Of a stretch of DNA of 64,000 bases, positions 18,901 to 28,715 are shown piece after piece. The DNA comes from Cyanophyceae cyanobacterium (GTDB lineage Bacteria > Cyanobacteriota > Cyanobacteriia > Cyanobacteriales > Laspinemataceae). A program made the translations under genes and the position numbers. Position 1 is the first letter of the stretch. Each line of letters begins with the position of its first letter. Location of the stretch: positions 26,875-90,874 of the forward strand of contig JBBQFN010000021.1 in NCBI GenBank assembly GCA_038321985.1. The letters run 5' to 3'. Below the pieces are notes generated by a model. It saw only the letters and a list, made by a program, of their open reading frames with translations. It was not told the DNA's origin and did not search any database.

Positions 18901-20549
18901 CGTTCCGCCCCAATCGTCGTTTCTGCCGAGGTAACAATTTCCTCCCGAATTGAGTCAATCGGCGGATTTGTAACTTGTGCAAACAATTGTTGGAAATAGT
19001 CATACAGCAATTTCGGGCGATCGCTTAACACCGCCAACGGCGTATCCGTTCCCATCGACCCGATCGCCTCCACGCCATTGGTCGCCATTGGCGTCATCAA
19101 CAGGCGCAATTCCTCAAAGGTGTACCCGAACGCCATTTGTCGCTGAATCAACGGCACCGGGTCAATTTCCCGCAATTGGGGAGCATCTTTCAGTTGAGAA
19201 AGGGCGACCAAATTCTCATCAATCCACTGTTGATAGGGATGTTCGCTGACAATTTGGGTTTTGATTTCTTCATCGGAAATAATCCGACCCTGTTTCATAT
19301 CAACTAAGAACATCCGACCCGGTTGCAGGCGACCTTTATAGGCGACTCGTTCCGGTTCAATCGGTAAAACCCCAGCTTCCGAGGCCATAATCACTAAATC
19401 GTCCTTAGTGACGTAATAGCGAGAGGGACGTAACCCATTGCGATCGAGGACTGCCCCCATCATCGTCCCATCAGTAAAGGCGATCGATGCCGGACCATCC
19501 CAGGGTTCCATCAAGCAAGAATGGTACTTGTAGAACGCCTTTTTCTCGGGACTCATGGACTCATGGGCCGTCCAGGGTTCTGGAATCATCATCATCACCG
19601 CATGAGGCAAGGAACGCCCAGACAGGAACAGCATTTCCAAAGCATTATCGAAAATAGCCGAGTCACTGCCTTCTAAGTCAATCACCGGATGCAGCTTTTT
19701 CAGGTCCTCGCCAAACAGTTCCGACTCAAACAGGGACTCCCGGGCGTGCATCCAGTTGATATTGCCCCGTAACGTATTGATTTCCCCATTATGGGCAATG
19801 TAGCGATAGGGGTGAGACCGTTCCCAACTGGGGAAAGTGTTGGTACTGAAGCGGGAATGCACCAGGGCCAGGGCACTTTCCATCGTCTCATCATGGAGTT
19901 CCGGGAAATAGTCGCCCACCTGTACCGGCATCAACATCCCTTTATAAACCAGGGTCCGGCAGGAGAGACTACAAACATACCAGAACGAATCCAATTCACT
20001 GATATGGATTTCCCGTTCTGCCCGTTTGCGGATGACATATAACTTGCGATCGAACGCCAAATCATCAGTAATATTGGCACTGCGTTGGATGAACACCTGG
20101 GAAATAAAGGGTTCGCTGGATTTAGCCGTATTCCCCAAAGAGGAGTGATCCGTCGGCACATCCCGCCATCCTAAAACCTTCTGCCCTTCCTCAGCGACAA
20201 TTTTTTCAAATAGCTGCCTACTTTTCTGACGAATAGCAGGGTCCGGAGAGCAAAAGATGTTTCCCACGCCATATTCCCCGGCATCTGGCAGGGAGATATT
20301 TTCTGCTGCGGCAACTTTTTTCAGGAAAGCATCCGGGACTTGGATTAAGATTCCGGCACCATCCCCGGTATTATTTTCGCAACCACAAGCACCCCGGTGG
20401 TCCAGATTGAGGAGAATCGTCAGGGCCTGTTCAACGATTGAGTGCGATTTCTGACCTTTTTGATGAACAATAAAGCCAACACCGCAAGCATCGTGTTCAA
20501 ACTGAGGGTCATAAAGGCCCTGTTTTTGTGGCAGTTTTTGATGGTTCAT
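15960..20549 (-). CDS. gltB: glutamate synthase large subunit
   Basis: HDACGVGF Ntn Cys, [36 protein letters not shown] 3Fe-4S motif, GXGXG C-terminal domain. Confidence 0.98.
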   Translation of the reverse strand: MNHQKLPQKQGLYDPQFEHDACGVGFIVHQKGQKSHSIVEQALTILLNLDHRGACGCENNTGDGAGILIQVPDAFLKKVAAAENISLPDAGEYGVGNIFCSPDPAIRQKSRQLFEKIVAEEGQKVLGWRDVPTDHSSLGNTAKSSEPFISQVFIQRSANITDDLAFDRKLYVIRKRAEREIHISELDSFWYVCSLSCRTLVYKGMLMPVQVGDYFPELHDETMESALALVHSRFSTNTFPSWERSHPYRYIAHNGEINTLRGNINWMHARESLFESELFGEDLKKLHPVIDLEGSDSAIFDNALEMLFLSGRSLPHAVMMMIPEPWTAHESMSPEKKAFYKYHSCLMEPWDGPASIAFTDGTMMGAVLDRNGLRPSRYYVTKDDLVIMASEAGVLPIEPERVAYKGRLQPGRMFLVDMKQGRIISDEEIKTQIVSEHPYQQWIDENLVALSQLKDAPQLREIDPVPLIQRQMAFGYTFEELRLLMTPMATNGVEAIGSMGTDTPLAVLSDRPKLLYDYFQQLFAQVTNPPIDSIREEIVTSAETTIGAERNLLKPTAKSCNLIELKTPVLTDEDLAKLKAVNEGAFKSTTIPMLFDPTTGVKGLEAALEAIFAQATQAIASGTNILILSDRGTNREKAGIPALLAVAGLHHHLIREGTRTQVGLVLESGEPREVHHFAALIGYGCGAINPYLAFETIDDMIREKLLVNVEYKTAVKNYIKAVTKGVVKIASKIGISTIQSYRGAQIFEAIGLNQSVISRYFTWTASRIEGVDLEAIAHETIMRHSHAFPDRDANGHTLDVGGEYQWRKGGEAHLLSPEIIHALQQATREGNYELYKKYAAKVNEQNQKFFTLRGLLEFKVQEPIPLEEVEPIESIMKRFKTGAMSYGSISKEAHESLAIAMNRVGGKSNTGEGGEDPERYTWTNEQGDSKNSAIKQVASGRFGVTSLYLSQAKELQIKMAQGAKPGEGGQLPGLKVYPWIAKVRHSTPGVGLISPPPHHDIYSIEDLAELIHDLKNANRNARINVKLVSEVGVGTIAAGVAKAHADVVLVSGFDGGTGASPQTSIKHAGLPWELGLAETHQTLVLNNLRSRIVVETDGQMKTGRDVAIAALLGAEEYGFSTAPLVTLGCIMMRVCHKNTCPVGIATQDPQLRAKFMGDPEYAANFMKFIAQELREIMAQLGFRTLTEMVGRTDLLEPKKAVDHWKAKGIDLSKILYQPEVGPEVGRYCQIPQDHGLEKSLDMTVLLDLCKGAIDNGEKVKAILPITNINRVVGTILGNEITKKHWDGLPDGTIHLHFQGSAGQSFGAFVPKGVTLELEGDGNDYIGKGLSGGKIIVYPSKKSTLVPHENIIAGNVTLYGATSGELYLSGIAGERFAVRNSGVHAVVEGVGDHGCEYMTGGKVVVIGPAGRNFAAGMSGGVAYILDEVGDFATRCNTQMADMEKLEEPSEIAIVREMIQKHADYTNSPKAAEVLANWEEMVPKFVKVMPRDYKRVLQALESALASGLSGDDALDAAFEQNARDVARIGGS

Positions 20550-21081
20550 AAATCTCGTTTAGGATGGAAAATCAGGTAAAAAGCCCGGTCACGATTAAGG
20601 GCCCGCAGCTTTAGGATGGGCTTTGGGATGTTGAGTCAAAGAAATCCTACCGGAGTAGGGGCGAGTTGCGATGAACCGTGCAGGGGTCTGAGTATGTTGG
20701 CGATACGGGACCGGACGGGATGCAACGGCAGGGTGTGACGGTTAACTGTTTCGTGAGTTTGGGTTTAGGGATTCTAACCAAGGTCTGATGATTTTTAGTC
20801 AAAAAGACGCTATGGTATTCGTTCTTAAGGAAAATTCTAACGGATCTACTCTGAAGCGCTGAATCAGTTTTCTATGGTTTTTTGACATTTCCCACGAGAG
20901 AATCAGGGTTTGAGAGGGAATTCGCGTTTCTTTGACAAAATTTAACAGTTGGAAAGGGGCGAGCAGTTGTGGGATGAGGGGCGCAAGACCCGATCGGGAA
21001 AATTGTATCCGAACTCATCCGTAGCCGCGCCCCTCATGGAAGAGTTTAATCGCAACGAGCCTGAGAAACCCATGAAAATAG

Positions 21082-21135
21082 ACCCACAGGCGCGGTAAGA
21101 TTGTACTATGAGACCCATCCGGCATCCTCCTACGC
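21082..21135 (+). pseudogene. in-frame PAC-motif relic upstream of the hybrid kinase
   Basis: THRRGKIVL*DPSGILLR continues in frame into MSGTPKDINPRK; TGA at 21109-21111 sits at the usual Trp/Arg position. Confidence 0.6.
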
Positions 21136-24100
21136 ATGAGCGGAACCCCGAAAGATATCAATCCCCGCAAATCTGCCGAAGCTGCCTTAGATGAGAGTCA
21201 GCGCCGGTATCAAACTCTGGCCGAAGCGTCCCCGGTCTGTATTTTTCATACCGATGCTCAGGGGAATTGTCTCTATGTCAACCAGCGCTGGAGTGACTTG
21301 ACGGGACTCTCCTCAGAACAGGCGATCGGCAAAAGTTGGATTGCTAATCTACATCCCGATGACTTCAAACGGGTGCAAGCTGAATGGTTTTTAGCCGCAG
21401 AAACTCGGATCCCGTTTAAGTCGGAATATCGGTTTGTTCGTCCCGATGGCATAGTGGTCTGGGCGATCGGTCAAGCGGTAGCAGAAATTGCAGATGACGG
21501 CACCGTGAAAGGTTATCTAGGCACGATTACTGATATCAGCGAGCGCAAACGGGCGGAAATTGCCTTGCAGCAGCAGCTTAAACGGGAACGCCTAGTGAGT
21601 TCCATCCAGGAACGGATTCGCTCTTCCCTCAACCTTGAAGAAGTTCTAGAAACTGCTGTCAACGAAGTTCGTGGATTTTTGGCTACCGATCGCATTGTGA
21701 TTTACCGCTTTAATCCGGACTGGAGTGGGGTAATTGCGGTTGAGTCGGTCGGTTCTGACTGGATGTCTGTTAAAGGGATCGAAATCGAAGACCGTTGCTT
21801 CATTGAAACCCATATTCCCCTCTACGCTCAAGGTCGAATTCGGACGATTGATAATATTCAAACCTCCGGACTCTCGGACTGCCACATTGAACTCCTCAGT
21901 CAGTTTGCCGTTAAAGCCAATCTAGTCGTTCCCCTCAGGCAAGGCGAAGAACTCTGGGGATTACTCATTGCTCATCACTGTAGCAGTGAAAGACAATGGC
22001 ATGAATCGGAAATTGAATCCCTGCGTCAGCTTTCAGTGCAACTTTCTATTGCCATTCAACAATGCACGCTGTTTGAACAAGCTAAAACTGAACTGATTGA
22101 ACGCAAACGGGCTGAAGATGCCCTTCGTTTCAGTGAGGAACGGTTTAAATTAGCCGTATCGGGTACGAATGATGGGATTTGGGATTGGGATTTAACAACT
22201 CACCAAATTTATTACTCGCCGGTGTGGATGCAAATTTTAGGGTATGAAGAGGGGGAATTACCCTCCCTGGTCAGCACTTGGTTTAACAAGGTTCACCCAG
22301 AGGATTTGTCGGTTGCAATGCAAACTCTACAAGATCATGTGCAAGGGCAAAATCCGGTTTCCTATTATCATACCCACCGTATGAAACGAAAAGATGAGGG
22401 GTGGATTTGGGTAGAAGTCAAGGGAAAATGTATCCGGAATGAAGAGGGAAAAGCATACCGCCTGACGGGGACTTTAACGGATATTACTCAGCGTAAAAAA
22501 GCCGAAGAAGCCTTACAAGAAAGTGTCCAACGAGAACGAGCGCTTTCCCAGGTGATTCAACGGATGCGCCAAACTTTGGATCTGGAAACGATTTTTGCAG
22601 CAACAACTCGGGAATTGCGCCAGGTGCTCAAGTGCGATCGCGTTTTAGTTCATCATTTCCATGCCGATTGGCGGGGTGAGGTGGTTGCCGAATCCACAGG
22701 TCCTGAATGGATTTCTTTAATGGAAACACTCCAGGATGCACCGGAAAGTTCTTTGGAAGGGAACGGGGATGACTCTGATTCCCTAGAGGAAGAGGAGTTT
22801 GGGCTGGAAGATTCTTATATGCAAGCCGCCCGCACTGATGAGTGGAATTTAGGATTGACTTATCTAGCGGTGGAAAATGTGTACAATGCGGGTTTTGATG
22901 AGTCTTACCTTGAAGTTTTAGAGAAGTTTCAAGCCCAAGCCTATATCATTGTCCCCATTTTTTCGGGGAATAAACTCTGGGGATTATTGGCAAGTTATCA
23001 AAATAGCGGTCCTCGCCACTGGAAAGAAGCAGAAATCAAGGTTGTGGTTCAAATTGGGAATCAGTTGGGAGTGGCTTTACAGCAAGCTGAGTTACTCGAA
23101 AAAACTCAGCGGCAATCTCACGCTTTGCAAAAAGCGGCCCTGGCTGCGGATGCGGCAAACCGGGCTAAAAGTGAATTTCTCGCCAATATGAGCCACGAAT
23201 TGCGAACGCCTCTGAATGCGATTCTCGGGTTCACCCAAGTGATGGCTCGCGATTCGTCTTTGAAACCGGAAAATCACGAGCATTTGAAAATTATTAATCG
23301 GGCCGGGGGACATCTTTTAGCGCTGATTAATGACATTTTAGAAATGTCAAAAATTGAAGCAGGAAGAACGAATTTTAATCCTGTTAATTTTGATTTAATC
23401 AATTTGTTAAAATCTCTAGATGATATGTTCCAGCTTAAGGCCGCTTCTAAGCATTTAAAGATTGTTTTTGAGGGCTGTAATACCCTGCCTCAGTTTGTCA
23501 AGACGGATGAGAGTAAGTTGCGTCAGGTCCTGATCAATATTGTGGGTAATGCGATTAAGTTTACCGAAACCGGTCGCGTCGTTCTCCGGGTCCGTCTCCA
23601 AACGCAATCCAATCGACTCAATCCGGGGGAAGATGATTCCCCGGATTCGGATTCCTCGGGTCAATACTTATATTTTGAAGTAGAAGATACGGGCCCAGGT
23701 ATTGCCCCCGATGAAATGCCGAAATTGTTTGAACCCTTTGGGCAGACGGAAACCGGGCGTAAATCCCAGCAAGGGACGGGACTAGGTTTACCGATTAGTC
23801 AAAAATTCGTACAATTGATGGGAGGTGATATTCAGGTTACCAGTACACCGGGTCAAGGAACGGTGTTTGCATTTGCTGTCAAAATTTCCCTGAGTCATGA
23901 GGCGGAGGTTCAAACCCGCCAACCCAAGCGCCGAGTAGTCGCGATCGCTGGAAATGTCACTGAATCTCGCATTTTAATCGTGGATGATGCTTTTGACAGC
24001 CGTCTATTGTTGATGACGATGTTAAAATTTGTGGGATTTCAAGTACAAGAAGCGGAGAATGGGCAAGAGGCGATCGCGGTTTATGAAAGTTGGAAACCTC

Positions 24101-24603
24101 ACTTAATTTTAATGGATATGCAAATGCCAGTCATGGATGGTTATGAAGCCACCCGAAAAATAAAAAGTACAGTTCAGGGTCAACAAATAACTATTGTTGC
24201 TTTAACTGCTAGTGCTTTTGAAGAAGAACGAAAAATGATTTTAGATGCCGGTTGCGATGACTTCATTCGTAAGCCGTTTCAAGAAGAATTTTTGCTGGAA
24301 ATCATCGGCCAGCATCTGAAGATTGACTATATTTTTGAAGATCTTCCCCCGGACTCGATCCGACAACTCCAGGACAGCCCCGAACAAAGTTATACCCTAT
24401 CGCCCCAGGCTTTACAAGTTATGCCCCCGAGTTGGCTGACCGAGCTTTATGATGCTGCAATGCAGTGTAGTGATGAATTAATTTTGACTTTACTCAAAGA
24501 CATTCCCCCGGACCTGGCCCCTTTATCCCACGCTCTAGCTGAGTTAGCCAATAACTACCAGTTTGACCTCATCGAGGAATTACTTTCACAGGAGGCCAAA
24601 TGA
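21136..24603 (+). CDS. hybrid histidine kinase PAS-GAF(CBCR)-PAS-GAF-HisKA-HATPase-REC
   Basis: GAF1 with DRCF and CH motifs; MSHELRTPL; GTGLGL; C-terminal REC (LMDMQMP). Confidence 0.94.
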   Translation: MSGTPKDINPRKSAEAALDESQRRYQTLAEASPVCIFHTDAQGNCLYVNQRWSDLTGLSSEQAIGKSWIANLHPDDFKRVQAEWFLAAETRIPFKSEYRFVRPDGIVVWAIGQAVAEIADDGTVKGYLGTITDISERKRAEIALQQQLKRERLVSSIQERIRSSLNLEEVLETAVNEVRGFLATDRIVIYRFNPDWSGVIAVESVGSDWMSVKGIEIEDRCFIETHIPLYAQGRIRTIDNIQTSGLSDCHIELLSQFAVKANLVVPLRQGEELWGLLIAHHCSSERQWHESEIESLRQLSVQLSIAIQQCTLFEQAKTELIERKRAEDALRFSEERFKLAVSGTNDGIWDWDLTTHQIYYSPVWMQILGYEEGELPSLVSTWFNKVHPEDLSVAMQTLQDHVQGQNPVSYYHTHRMKRKDEGWIWVEVKGKCIRNEEGKAYRLTGTLTDITQRKKAEEALQESVQRERALSQVIQRMRQTLDLETIFAATTRELRQVLKCDRVLVHHFHADWRGEVVAESTGPEWISLMETLQDAPESSLEGNGDDSDSLEEEEFGLEDSYMQAARTDEWNLGLTYLAVENVYNAGFDESYLEVLEKFQAQAYIIVPIFSGNKLWGLLASYQNSGPRHWKEAEIKVVVQIGNQLGVALQQAELLEKTQRQSHALQKAALAADAANRAKSEFLANMSHELRTPLNAILGFTQVMARDSSLKPENHEHLKIINRAGGHLLALINDILEMSKIEAGRTNFNPVNFDLINLLKSLDDMFQLKAASKHLKIVFEGCNTLPQFVKTDESKLRQVLINIVGNAIKFTETGRVVLRVRLQTQSNRLNPGEDDSPDSDSSGQYLYFEVEDTGPGIAPDEMPKLFEPFGQTETGRKSQQGTGLGLPISQKFVQLMGGDIQVTSTPGQGTVFAFAVKISLSHEAEVQTRQPKRRVVAIAGNVTESRILIVDDAFDSRLLLMTMLKFVGFQVQEAENGQEAIAVYESWKPHLILMDMQMPVMDGYEATRKIKSTVQGQQITIVALTASAFEEERKMILDAGCDDFIRKPFQEEFLLEIIGQHLKIDYIFEDLPPDSIRQLQDSPEQSYTLSPQALQVMPPSWLTELYDAAMQCSDELILTLLKDIPPDLAPLSHALAELANNYQFDLIEELLSQEAK

Positions 24604-26435
24604 ACGCAAAACCCCTTGAATTTCTCCAAAAAGATATTCTGATCGTAGATGATACTCAAGATAATCTCCGCTATCTGGCGACAATTTTAACCGATGAAGG
24701 ATATAAAGTTCGCAAGGCATTAAACGGTCAAATGGCCCTCAAAGCCTGTCGAGTTGTTGTGCCTGACCTGATTTTATTAGATATCATGATGCCTGATATG
24801 AGCGGGTATCAAGTTTGCGAAATTTTAAAAACTAATGATGCCACTTGCGAGGTTCCAGTTATTTTCTTGAGTGCATTAGATGATGCTTTTGATAAGGTAA
24901 AAGCCTTTAATGTCGGTGGGGTGGATTACATTAGCAAACCCTTTCAATTAGAAGAAGTTTTAGCTCGGATTCAAACCCAACTCATCCGCCGGGCAGCAGA
25001 ATTAAAAATTCAGCAACTCAATGCCGAATTGGAAAGTCGGGTCCAAGAACGAACGCTCCAGTTAGAATGCTCCAATCAAGACCTGCTTCAGGAAATTAAG
25101 GAGCGTAAGCAACTGCAAGAACAGTTACTCCATCTAGCCCTGCATGACTCCTTGACAAATTTGCCCAATCGGTCGCTATTTATGGAACGGCTGGACCAGG
25201 CGATCGCCCTTAGAAAAGCCAACCCAGACTATCAGTTTGCTGTCCTCTTTTTAGATTGCGATCGCTTTAAAGTGGTGAACGATTCTCTCGGTCATCTGGT
25301 CGGGGATGAACTGTTGATTGCCATTGGGCAACGCCTCCAATCCACGCTCACGGAAAACGATACCTTGGCCCGATTAGGCGGAGATGAATTTGCTGTGCTG
25401 CTGGAAGAATTGCCAACTCTTGACCGATCGCCAGCGATCGCTGACTGCATTTTAGACTCTCTAAAGGAACCCTTTCAACTCTCCCGCTACGAAGTCTTTA
25501 TTAATGCCAGTATCGGCATTACCCTGGGCAGTTTTTATAATGAAAAACCCGAATATTTACTCCGGGATGCTGACACCGCGATGTATCGTGCCAAATCCCT
25601 CGGAAAAGGCCAATATTACCTCTTCAACCCGGTAATGCATGAGGAGGCTTTAAACCGTCTCCAGCTTGAGAATGACTTACGGCGGGCCGTAGAACGAAAG
25701 GAATTTAAAGTTTATTATCAACCGATTATTTCCCTAACCACGGGCCGAATTTATGGTTTTGAATCCCTCGTGCGCTGGCAACATCCAGTGCGCGGCTTTA
25801 TCCCTCCTGTCGAATTTATCCCCGTCGCCGAAGAAACGGGTTTAATCGCTAATATTGACCTGTGGGTGTTAGGAGAATCCGTTCGCCAAATTCAGGACTG
25901 GCAACATCAAAACCTAATCGATGAATCAGTGACTTGTAGCGTGAATTTATCAGCGCGGCATTTTCTGCAATCCTCGTTTATCCATCGCTTGAGGAAACTC
26001 TTGGAAGTCACCCAAATCAATCCTCAAATACTCAAACTGGAAATTACCGAAAGTGCGATCGCCAATAAAAACCAAGCCACTCTGGACATTCTCCACCAAA
26101 TTCGCGACTGCCAAGTTGAATTAAGCATTGATGACTTTGGCACCGGCTATTCTTCCTTAAGTTATCTAGAAGAATTTCCCGTCAATGTCCTAAAAATCGA
26201 TCGCTCGTTTATCAAGCGGATTGATGGCAGCGAACATAATGGCGGATTAGTTCCCGGTATTATCGGCATTGCTCACACAATGGGTATGATTGCGATCGCC
26301 GAAGGAGTGGAAACGCCTATTCAATTAGAGAAACTTCGACGATTGGGCTGTGATTTTGCCCAGGGATATCTCTTTGCTAAACCCTTGAATCCCGATGCCG
26401 TAGCCGAATTATTAGCCCGTTCTCCCCAGTGGTAA
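24600..26435 (+). CDS. response regulator with GGDEF and EAL domains
   Basis: REC, RLGGDEF, ESLVRW, DDFGTGYSSLSYL; ATGA overlap with the kinase. Confidence 0.95.
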   Translation: MNAKPLEFLQKDILIVDDTQDNLRYLATILTDEGYKVRKALNGQMALKACRVVVPDLILLDIMMPDMSGYQVCEILKTNDATCEVPVIFLSALDDAFDKVKAFNVGGVDYISKPFQLEEVLARIQTQLIRRAAELKIQQLNAELESRVQERTLQLECSNQDLLQEIKERKQLQEQLLHLALHDSLTNLPNRSLFMERLDQAIALRKANPDYQFAVLFLDCDRFKVVNDSLGHLVGDELLIAIGQRLQSTLTENDTLARLGGDEFAVLLEELPTLDRSPAIADCILDSLKEPFQLSRYEVFINASIGITLGSFYNEKPEYLLRDADTAMYRAKSLGKGQYYLFNPVMHEEALNRLQLENDLRRAVERKEFKVYYQPIISLTTGRIYGFESLVRWQHPVRGFIPPVEFIPVAEETGLIANIDLWVLGESVRQIQDWQHQNLIDESVTCSVNLSARHFLQSSFIHRLRKLLEVTQINPQILKLEITESAIANKNQATLDILHQIRDCQVELSIDDFGTGYSSLSYLEEFPVNVLKIDRSFIKRIDGSEHNGGLVPGIIGIAHTMGMIAIAEGVETPIQLEKLRRLGCDFAQGYLFAKPLNPDAVAELLARSPQW

Positions 26436-26476
26436 CCCTCAGTTATCACGGGGTACAGGGTTAGATTCACCGGCCC

Positions 26477-26544
26477 CGACACTGGGTTTTTAGCCCTTTC
26501 TTGGTTGCTGAGGGTGACCGATGTTCTCCAGAAACACGGTTCCT
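26477..26544. repeat. degenerate AGAAACCGGGTTTCT-family doublet
   Basis: CGACACTGGGTTTTT (26477) and AGAAACACGGTTCCT (26530), 53 bp apart. Confidence 0.5.
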
Positions 26545-26598
26545 CACCCCTCCTGGCTACCCCAAACTAGGATACCCGGCGATCGCCTCTGTACATCC

Positions 26599-27141
26599 CT
26601 AAAGCTGCTGCAATTGCTCTAATAACCGGCTGACTTGAGCATTGGGTTCTAAAAACGAAAACAGATGTTTAAAGCGTAACTTTCCCTCTACATCTAGCAC
26701 ATATTGTGCGGGTAAGGGAGCACCGAGGGCTTGTCCCGTTCCATAAGCCCGAAAGACTAAACAACTGGGATCGCACAAAACTGGCATTTTTAATCCCAAG
26801 TCGCGGATCACTATTTGGCTTTGACGTTCATCGGTACTGGTGATTAATAACACTTCTGCACCCGCTTCAACAAATTGCTCATACGCCGTATTCATGGCTT
26901 TAATGTGAGGAAAGCACAGGGGACAGTATTGTTTTTCTGTAAAAATGCGGGTGAAATATAAAATTATCGGTTGTTTTTCTCGGTATTCCGAGATGCGAAT
27001 AGAACCCTCACCGTTGACATGGGGCAGTTGAAAGTCAGGAGGGCAAACTTCCGGGTAAAGTTTATTAAGGGCAGGAATGGGAAGAAAGTTTTGGAAAAAG
27101 CGTTGATTGAGTAACCCTCTAAAATCCGTGGATGTCAACAT
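26599..27141 (-). CDS. AhpC/TSA (redoxin) family protein
   Basis: PPDFQLP, YCPLC, PLPAQYVLD thioredoxin-fold motifs. Confidence 0.85.
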   Translation of the reverse strand: MLTSTDFRGLLNQRFFQNFLPIPALNKLYPEVCPPDFQLPHVNGEGSIRISEYREKQPIILYFTRIFTEKQYCPLCFPHIKAMNTAYEQFVEAGAEVLLITSTDERQSQIVIRDLGLKMPVLCDPSCLVFRAYGTGQALGAPLPAQYVLDVEGKLRFKHLFSFLEPNAQVSRLLEQLQQL

Positions 27142-27310
27142 GGTTTAAGCCTCTTTATCCGATTAATTAGAAAATCATTCATAAATTTTAACCCCAACTC
27201 AATCCGTGCTGAATCAGCTTAGGGAAAGAGTTGGGGTTAATCGGGTGTAAGGGCGATCGCTAATCAGGTTGCAACCGCGATCGCCCGGTAAGCCAATCCA
27301 ACAAATTAGC

Positions 27311-27922
27311 TTAAATAGCGGCAAAGTATTCTTTAGACTTCTTGGGGTCCGGGTTCATGGTTTGAGCACCGGGTTGCCAACCTGCGGGACACACTTCATC
27401 GGGGTGAGTCTGAACGTGCTGAATCGCTTGCAGAATCCGCAGAGTTTCATCGACATTACGGCCAAATGCCAGGTTATTGATAGTGGCGTGCTGGATCACA
27501 CCGTCTTTGTCGATGATAAATAGTCCACGTAGGGCGATTCCCGCTTCTGGATCGAGGACGTTGTAAGCGGAACTAATTTCCTTTTTGATGTCAGAAACCA
27601 GGGGATAATTCAGGTCACCGAGACCCCCAGATTTGCGGTCAGTTTGGAGCCAGGCTAGGTGAGAAAATTCACTGTCAACGGACACGCCCAGCACTTCCGT
27701 GTTTAATTGGCTGAATTTTCCATGACTATCGCTAAATGCCGTAATTTCCGTCGGACAGACAAAGGTAAAGTCCAAGGGATAGAAGAACAACACCACATAC
27801 TTACCTCGGTAGTCCGAGAGTTTGATGGTTTTGAACTCTTGATCCACAACGGCGGTGGCGGTAAAGTCGGGGGCTTGTTGGCCGACGCGGATGCATCCTT
27901 CGGTCATTGTTTGTTTCTCCAT
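27311..27922 (-). CDS. typical 2-Cys peroxiredoxin
   Basis: [13 protein letters not shown] and [12 protein letters not shown] and YF motifs present. Confidence 0.96.
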   Translation of the reverse strand: MEKQTMTEGCIRVGQQAPDFTATAVVDQEFKTIKLSDYRGKYVVLFFYPLDFTFVCPTEITAFSDSHGKFSQLNTEVLGVSVDSEFSHLAWLQTDRKSGGLGDLNYPLVSDIKKEISSAYNVLDPEAGIALRGLFIIDKDGVIQHATINNLAFGRNVDETLRILQAIQHVQTHPDEVCPAGWQPGAQTMNPDPKKSKEYFAAI

Positions 27923-28001
27923 GTTATGAGGGTTAAGTAGCTCGGACGGGCCTTCACGTGGGCTTGTAAAGCACTCTAGACGCGATTGGTACGACCGATT
28001 C

Positions 28002-28019
28002 TTTACGAACCGTTACAAG
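28002..28019. promoter_or_regulatory. HLR1-like (RpaB) direct repeat upstream of 2-Cys Prx
   Basis: TTTACGAA-CC-GTTACAAG, 16/18 identical to the psbA promoter element at 63599-63616. Confidence 0.5.
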
Positions 28020-28286
28020 AATATCATAATCATAACGATTTTGAGTAGACTGCCTCCCGGAAATAAGAAGTGCGGATTTTACGACAGCCGGTTGCTCGAT
28101 CGCGAGGCTGATTGAATGAGCTAGGATGGGGGATTGGGTTTGGTGCGTAAGTTCTGACCTACAATGAAGGTAAGATATGCAAAACCAAGTTCCGGCTGGC
28201 GATCGGAACTGATGAAAATGCCTAACGTCTTTGATTAACAGAAGATTACAGAAAAAGTTTTTTAAACCCCGAAGGGTAAACTATCA

Positions 28287-28715
28287 ATGAAACTACCCAC
28301 TCGCCCCCTGATCGCCCCCCTGTTCGCAGTCATGGTAGCCGCGATCGCCCCCCATCGGATTCATGCAGAAGTCGTCCAATTGCAACCCCAACTCAACCGT
28401 GAGCCGATTCAACTGCAAGGGACATCTGGGGGTTCGCAAAAAAGCGACTGTGGCAAGATTTCCGACCAACCCAGCCAAACCCTGGAAGTCGGACAGCAGT
28501 TTCCCTATCTGCGGTTACGGGTTGAGAGTGCCGGAGAACCGACTCTCTTAATTGAAGGTCCAACGGGACGTTTCTGCGTACTTGCGGATAGTACCGCCGG
28601 AGAAAAGCCGGAAATGTCAGGGTTGTGGGCTGTCGGCACCTATCAGATCTACATTGGTGACCTAGCCGGAGGACAGCATAGTTATACCCTCTCTATCTCC
28701 CAAAATCCTAACTAG
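28287..28715 (+). CDS. secreted hypothetical protein (PPC-like beta-sandwich)
   Basis: Signal peptide ending IHA, a Cys pair, GTYQIYIG...YTLSIS. Confidence 0.7.
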   Translation: MKLPTRPLIAPLFAVMVAAIAPHRIHAEVVQLQPQLNREPIQLQGTSGGSQKSDCGKISDQPSQTLEVGQQFPYLRLRVESAGEPTLLIEGPTGRFCVLADSTAGEKPEMSGLWAVGTYQIYIGDLAGGQHSYTLSISQNPN

